The notes below the pieces were generated by a model. That model saw nothing but the letters and a program-made list of their open reading frames with translations. It ran no database searches and was not told the DNA's origin. Position numbers and translations under genes: made by a program. A DNA stretch of 53,106 nucleotides, the filler included, from Caldilineae bacterium (lineage in GTDB: Bacteria > Chloroflexota > Anaerolineae > DTLA01): assembly GCA_037446815.1 (NCBI GenBank). It is 21 parts of 21 records of this genome, joined end to end, with 100 filler letters (N's around TTAATTAATTAA, not from the genome) between each part and the next. Parts side by side here need not be neighbours in the genome. Positions count along the whole stretch, not along the records: positions 48,927 to 50,987 come from JBBIHX010000264.1; positions 51,088 to 53,106 come from JBBIHX010000265.1; 19 more parts are not named here. One strand, 5' to 3'. Positions 48,927 through 53,106 of the stretch are shown here, in pieces (position 1 is the stretch's first letter; each line of letters opens with the position of its first letter).

Positions 48927-48957
48927 GACAAATACCAACAGACTTTGCAACCGAGTC
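48927..48957 (+). mobile_element. MITE subfamily A right TIR
   Basis: GACAAATACCAACAGACTTTGCAACCGAGTC at the contig start. Confidence 0.8.
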
Positions 48958-48972
48958 CGCGGTGAATTTCGC

Positions 48973-49001
48973 TTGACACCGCGCGAGAGTCGTGGTATGA
49001 T
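48973..49001 (+). promoter_or_regulatory. Sigma70 promoter of M23-bactofilin genes
   Basis: TTGACA-N17-TATGAT with extended TG; 15 bp from the MITE end. Confidence 0.75.
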
Positions 49002-49086
49002 ATACACGGTTCCGCCTGCGTCTGAGAGGCTAGTCCCACCCCGCGCTGCGCGGGCTTCTTTGACCTTGTGGGGAGAGGCCAGAGAA

Positions 49087-50172
49087 TTGGCGCGAAAGCG
49101 AGAGAAACAACCGATAACGTTGCTTATCGTTCCGCCGCAACCTGAACGCGCGCCGGTTAGTTTGCGCTTCCCTCGGTGGACTCTTCCCCTGTTTCTCATC
49201 CTTGGCCTTGCGTTCTTCCTGGCGCTGGGTTACTTTGTGGACTCGCGGGCGAACCTGGAGCGCGAACTGGCCCATTACCGTCGCATGGTGGAACTGGAGG
49301 CCTCCCGCCAGCGGGAGATGCGCGATACTATCCTGGCCCAGCAAGAAGAGACCAAACTCCTCGCCGAGCAGGTTACCGAGTTCCAGGCCAGCCTCGGCGA
49401 GGTGGATCGCCTGGCCGAGCAGGTGGAGCAGATGATGGGCCTGGCCACGCCGACACCGACCCCCACGCCCGAGCCTGCCTCCGAGAGCACACCGACCGAG
49501 AGTCAGGGCTCGGTGGGCGGGCAGGCTGCTGCGCCGCCTGCGCCTACCCCCGTGCCCGCGCCGCGCACCTTCAGCAGCCGCGGCGCCCGCCCGACAATGG
49601 GCCTGGTGGACACCAACATGGCTGAAATCGCCGCGCTGGAGGCTTCGCTGCCCGCCCGCATCGCGCGCCTCAATGACCTCATCGCCGAGGCCAACAAGCG
49701 CCTGGAACGCATTGACCCCGAGAAGCGGACGACGAAAGAGCAACTGGAGCGCGAACTGCGACTGCTGGCGGCAGCGCCGCATGGCTGGCCGTTGGACGGC
49801 AAGGTGCAGATTACGTCCGAGTTCGGCTACCGAGTGCTACAGGGCGTTCGCGAGTTTCACGAAGGTGTTGACCTGAACGCGTGGTACGGCACGCCCGTGA
49901 AGGCAACCAAGGACGGCACGGTAACCTTCGCCGGCTGGCGGGGCGGGTTGGGCTGGACCGTGGAGATCAAGCACGAAGAGGGATTTGTAACCATCTATGG
50001 GCACAACTCCCGCTTGCTGGTGAAGAAGGGCACTCAGGTCAAGGCGGGCGACGTTATTGCCCGGTCCGGCTCCACAGGGCGAAGCACCGGGCCTCACGTG
50101 CACTACGAAATTCTCCTCAACGGCAAGCCGGTAGACCCGATGAAGTACATCGGACTGGACAGCGGCAAGTAG
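49087..50172 (+). CDS. M23 family metallopeptidase with TM anchor and coiled coil
   Basis: TM helix, coiled coil, HEGVD, YGH and STGPHVHYE; TTG at 49087 inferred because the ORF-track start coincides with the -35 box. Confidence 0.9.
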   Translation: MARKREKQPITLLIVPPQPERAPVSLRFPRWTLPLFLILGLAFFLALGYFVDSRANLERELAHYRRMVELEASRQREMRDTILAQQEETKLLAEQVTEFQASLGEVDRLAEQVEQMMGLATPTPTPTPEPASESTPTESQGSVGGQAAAPPAPTPVPAPRTFSSRGARPTMGLVDTNMAEIAALEASLPARIARLNDLIAEANKRLERIDPEKRTTKEQLERELRLLAAAPHGWPLDGKVQITSEFGYRVLQGVREFHEGVDLNAWYGTPVKATKDGTVTFAGWRGGLGWTVEIKHEEGFVTIYGHNSRLLVKKGTQVKAGDVIARSGSTGRSTGPHVHYEILLNGKPVDPMKYIGLDSGK

Positions 50173-50271
50173 CCCCTTTGGGGCGCGGCGCTCCCCAACC
50201 CCACTCGGCCGTTGTGCGCGTGGCCGCCCCGAAGGTTTCGCATACAACTCGCACGGCAAGGAGATACGACG

Positions 50272-50709
50272 TTGAGTCTAGGCAAAGATAAGCAGCGCGG
50301 TTCTGACCGCATAGAAACCGTGATTGGCCCCAATGCGCGCTTCTCCGGGAAATTGGAGACCGACGGCGGCCTGCGCATTGACGGCCTATGCGAGGGGTCC
50401 ATCCAGGCGGGGGGCAACGTCATCGTTGGCGAACAGGGGCGCGTCCTCGCCGACATCAAGGCCAGCAACGTATCCGTCTCGGGGGCCGTCAAGGGCAAGA
50501 TCGTCGCATCGGGGAGGCTGGAAATCCTGTCCACGGGCAAGGTGTGGGGCGACATCGCCGTGGCATCCTTCCTCGTGGAGGAGGGCGGATTCTTCCGCGG
50601 CCAGAGCCTGATGGCCGGGGCCGAGGAGCCGCCGCTGCTCAAGGCGCCGGAAGGGAAGGGCGAGCCGCCTGTCCTGGAAGGGGAAGTGGTGGACGCCGAA
50701 GAGGCGTAG
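50272..50709 (+). CDS. Bactofilin (polymer-forming cytoskeletal protein)
   Basis: TVIG...G.L...LRIDG...G.I beta-helix repeats ending EEGGFFRG; AAGGAG RBS before TTG. Confidence 0.92.
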   Translation: MSLGKDKQRGSDRIETVIGPNARFSGKLETDGGLRIDGLCEGSIQAGGNVIVGEQGRVLADIKASNVSVSGAVKGKIVASGRLEILSTGKVWGDIAVASFLVEEGGFFRGQSLMAGAEEPPLLKAPEGKGEPPVLEGEVVDAEEA

Positions 50710-50714
50710 GCTCC

Positions 50715-50826
50715 GGAAAAGGGGGCCCCCTCTCGGTGGCACCTACCGAGAGGGGGATCAGCAAAGGAGGCAACCAGAAGCCCTGGCTGAGCATCTGGGT
50801 AGCCAACAACGGTGATTGTGCAACTT
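50715..50826 (-). ncRNA. Candidate small RNA (~110 nt)
   Basis: Minus-strand TTGACA-N16-TATACT (50860-50833) points at the hairpin; the interval contains CCUCCUUU and no convincing ORF. Confidence 0.4.
50717..50756. terminator. Terminator hairpin
   Basis: CCCCCTCTCGGT / ACCGAGAGGGGG 12-bp stem; the A4 run on its left gives a U tract on the minus strand. Confidence 0.7.
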
Positions 50827-51310
50827 GGCACAAGTATACACGACTTGTGGAGATTGTCAAGAAATGCACAATCGCCGTGAGCCCCCTAGCGCTGCAATGC
50901 ATCTCCGCGGATGCATCTTGCGTGCGCCCCAACGCCCCGGGTGAAGCCAACGGTCGCGGTGGCGAGACTCGTCGCTCTCCGCCGCTCNNNNNNNNNNNNN
51001 NNNNNNNNNNNNNNNNNNNNNNNNNNNNNNNTTAATTAATTAANNNNNNNNNNNNNNNNNNNNNNNNNNNNNNNNNNNNNNNNNNNNGGATTGCACGGAT
51101 CGGGCAAAGTAGAGCAAGTTGGCAACTTGCTCCACGAGATTCACCGGCGCTTCGCGCCTGAGAATGACAACTGGGCTTTGAAACCAAGTCGGTTGCGTAG
51201 ATAGGCCGGTGATACTGGACAGCGGGCGGGATCGGGATACAATGGGCGTGTGTGTACCACAGTGGCCGGGCGTTTGGCAGCAGGCGCGCCCGCGTCTCAA
51301 GGAGGTGGTA

Positions 51311-51859
51311 GTGTCGGAAATGGGGGACATTGCGTACAGGGTCAACGGGAACGACCAAATCGTGTACGTGAGCGAGGCGTGGGACGCATTCGCCGTCGCC
51401 AACGGCGGGGAGGGTGTCCGCGCGACGCGGGTCATCAACCGCCCGCTGTGGGAGTTCATCACGGACCTCAGCACGCAGGAGATTTATCGGGCGCTGATGC
51501 GGAAGGCGCGGGCAGGGCACCTCGTGCGCTTCACCTTCCGCTGCGACGCTCCGTGGCGGCGGCGGTTCCTGGAGATGACCATGCTCGGCGGGCCGGACAA
51601 CGCTGTGGAGTTCCACACCCGCACGCTGCTGGAGGAGGAGCGGCCCGTGCCGGTGCTGTTGGACCCCGACGCGCCCCGCTCGGATGAACTGCTCCGCTCG
51701 TGTGGCTGGTGCAAGAAGATTCACGTGGGCGACGAGTGGGTGGAGGTGGAGGAGGCCGTCCATCGGCTACGGCTATTCCACCGGCGGCTTCTGCCCGCCA
51801 TCACCCACGGCATCTGCGACGAGTGCTACGCGAGGATGAACGCGGCCGCCGAGGGGTGA
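51311..51859 (+). CDS. Hypothetical PAS-like protein with C-terminal CxxC...HGICxxC motif
   Basis: IVYVSEAWDAFA..N, FRCD.P..RR, CGWCKKI, THGICDEC; AAGGAGG RBS. Confidence 0.75.
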   Translation: MSEMGDIAYRVNGNDQIVYVSEAWDAFAVANGGEGVRATRVINRPLWEFITDLSTQEIYRALMRKARAGHLVRFTFRCDAPWRRRFLEMTMLGGPDNAVEFHTRTLLEEERPVPVLLDPDAPRSDELLRSCGWCKKIHVGDEWVEVEEAVHRLRLFHRRLLPAITHGICDECYARMNAAAEG

Positions 51860-51893
51860 GCGGGGCAGGCGCACATGCTGCGCCGAGGTGAGC

Positions 51894-52253
51894 ATGGAAG
51901 GCAGACCGTTGCGGTTTATCGGCGAGCCGATAGAGGTTGTGTTTGACGAGCCGCCCACGCTGGAGAAAAAGCCCGGCTGCCCCAATGGGTTCGTGTGGCG
52001 CGGCGAGACCCATCGCGTTGCGGAGGAACTCGCCGCGTGGGTGGACTACACGCGCCGCGGACGCATGGCGCGAAACATGAGCCCGCGCCATGCCACCACC
52101 GCCACGCTGCGGGGGTCGTGGGGGGTGGGACGGTTCTACTTCCGGGTGCGCACCGACGCGGGCCGCATCTTTGACCTGTACTACGACCGCGCCCCTGGCG
52201 GTGCGGATGATCGCAAGGGGCAGTGGTTCCTGTTCCGCGAGATGGAATCGTAG
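51894..52253 (+). CDS. DUF6504-like protein
   Basis: P..FVWRGETHRV, YFRVRTD.GRIFDLYYD, W.L pattern. Confidence 0.72.
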   Translation: MEGRPLRFIGEPIEVVFDEPPTLEKKPGCPNGFVWRGETHRVAEELAAWVDYTRRGRMARNMSPRHATTATLRGSWGVGRFYFRVRTDAGRIFDLYYDRAPGGADDRKGQWFLFREMES

Positions 52254-52306
52254 GGCCGGGTTTGGGGCCTGCTGCCTGGCTCTTCCGTCCCATCAGGGAG
52301 GTGCGT

Positions 52307-52975
52307 ATGGCTTCTGTCCAGGAAGTTCTCGCGATGCTGCAGGCTCGCGCCAAGCCCGAAGCGGTGGAAGGTATGGCGCGCTTCGGCATGACGCCCGACG
52401 CCCGCCTGGGCGTGTCCGTAACCGACATGCGCCGCATCGCCAGGTCGCTCGGCAGGGATCATGCCCTGGCCCTCGCCCTGTGGGAGACGGGCATCCCAGA
52501 GGCCCGCATCCTGGCGTCCATGGTGGACGAGCCGGCGCAACTGACCGAGGCGCAGATGGAGCGCTGGGTCGCGGACTTCAACTCGTGGGATGTGTGCGAC
52601 CAGGTGTGCCTGAACCTGTTTGACAAGAGCCCTCTGGCGTGGCGGAAAGTGGGCGAGTGGGCGGAGCGCGAGGAGGAGTTCGTGCGCCGCGCGGCCTACG
52701 CGCTCATCGCCTGCCTGGCCTGGCATGACAAGACAGCCCCCGATGAGGCCTTCATCCGGCTCTTTCCCGTCATCAGGGCAGGCGCGACGGATGGCCGCAA
52801 CTACGTGAAGAAGGCGGTGTCGTGGGCGCTGCGGCAGGTGGGCAAGCGCAACGCGAACCTTCGGCGCGCCGCGCTGGAGACCGCTCGCGAAATCGGCCAC
52901 ATGGGCGCCAAACCCGCGCGGTGGATCGCGTCCGACGTGATCCGCGAATTGGAGCGGTCGGCCAGCCGCGAATAG
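52307..52975 (+). CDS. DNA alkylation repair protein (AlkD-like HEAT repeat)
   Basis: EARILA, FNSWDVCDQ, EEFVRRAA, DGRNYVKKAVSWALRQVGK. Confidence 0.9.
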   Translation: MASVQEVLAMLQARAKPEAVEGMARFGMTPDARLGVSVTDMRRIARSLGRDHALALALWETGIPEARILASMVDEPAQLTEAQMERWVADFNSWDVCDQVCLNLFDKSPLAWRKVGEWAEREEEFVRRAAYALIACLAWHDKTAPDEAFIRLFPVIRAGATDGRNYVKKAVSWALRQVGKRNANLRRAALETAREIGHMGAKPARWIASDVIRELERSASRE

Positions 52976-53027
52976 CCCGCAGCGGGCGGCTCGCAGCGGG
53001 CGGCGATGAGCACGCAAGTCGCCGTTG

Positions 53028-53106
53028 GACTCGGTTCCAAAGTCTGTTGGCATTTGTCATTGCGAGGGCGCCGAGCGCCCGAAGCAATCTCCGGGGCGTG
53101 AGATTG
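53028..53106 (-). mobile_element. Partial MITE, subfamily A right part (inverted)
   Basis: GACTCGGTTCCAAAGTCTGTTGG...GTCATTGCGAGGGCG; runs off the window. Confidence 0.82.

Noticed and set aside
2991..51087. Regularly spaced TTAATTAATTAA repeat
   Set aside because: Artificial six-frame-stop linker inside N runs, not a biological repeat or array.

Overview
This is not one locus. It is 21 short contigs (about 2-3 kb, sorted by decreasing length) from a high-GC draft genome or MAG, joined by 20 artificial 100-bp N44-TTAATTAATTAA-N44 linkers, so adjacency across a linker has no biological meaning. Gene content suggests an anaerobic Chloroflexota (Anaerolineae-like) bacterium (inference). Housekeeping genes: dnaX-ybaB-recR, tgt-uppP, tsaD, mnmE, aspS, tyrS, corA. 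Accessory genes: EPS glycosyltransferases, cas6-cas1 plus the start of a cmr1-like gene, a type II restriction-modification pair, a tungsten AOR maturation cluster, an Mrp/CooT cluster and an M23 peptidase-bactofilin pair. Many contig ends fall inside dispersed palindromic repeats. Strongest observations: (1) a 150-175 bp MITE family with imperfect 24-bp terminal inverted repeats (TIRs) and 8-bp target site duplications (TSDs), whose end lies exactly 15 bp upstream of a sigma70 -35 box in 8 clear and 3 weaker cases, including one re-insertion at the same site; (2) a C-GCAxxG-C-C family gene with an in-frame UGA and a SECIS-like hairpin, probably a selenoprotein truncated in the ORF track; (3) a LexA box over the promoter of a Rad52/Sak-like gene; (4) apparent strong avoidance of TCGA, AGCT and GTSAC; (5) two candidate small RNAs or leaders. 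Family names come from motif recognition by eye; no database searches were run.
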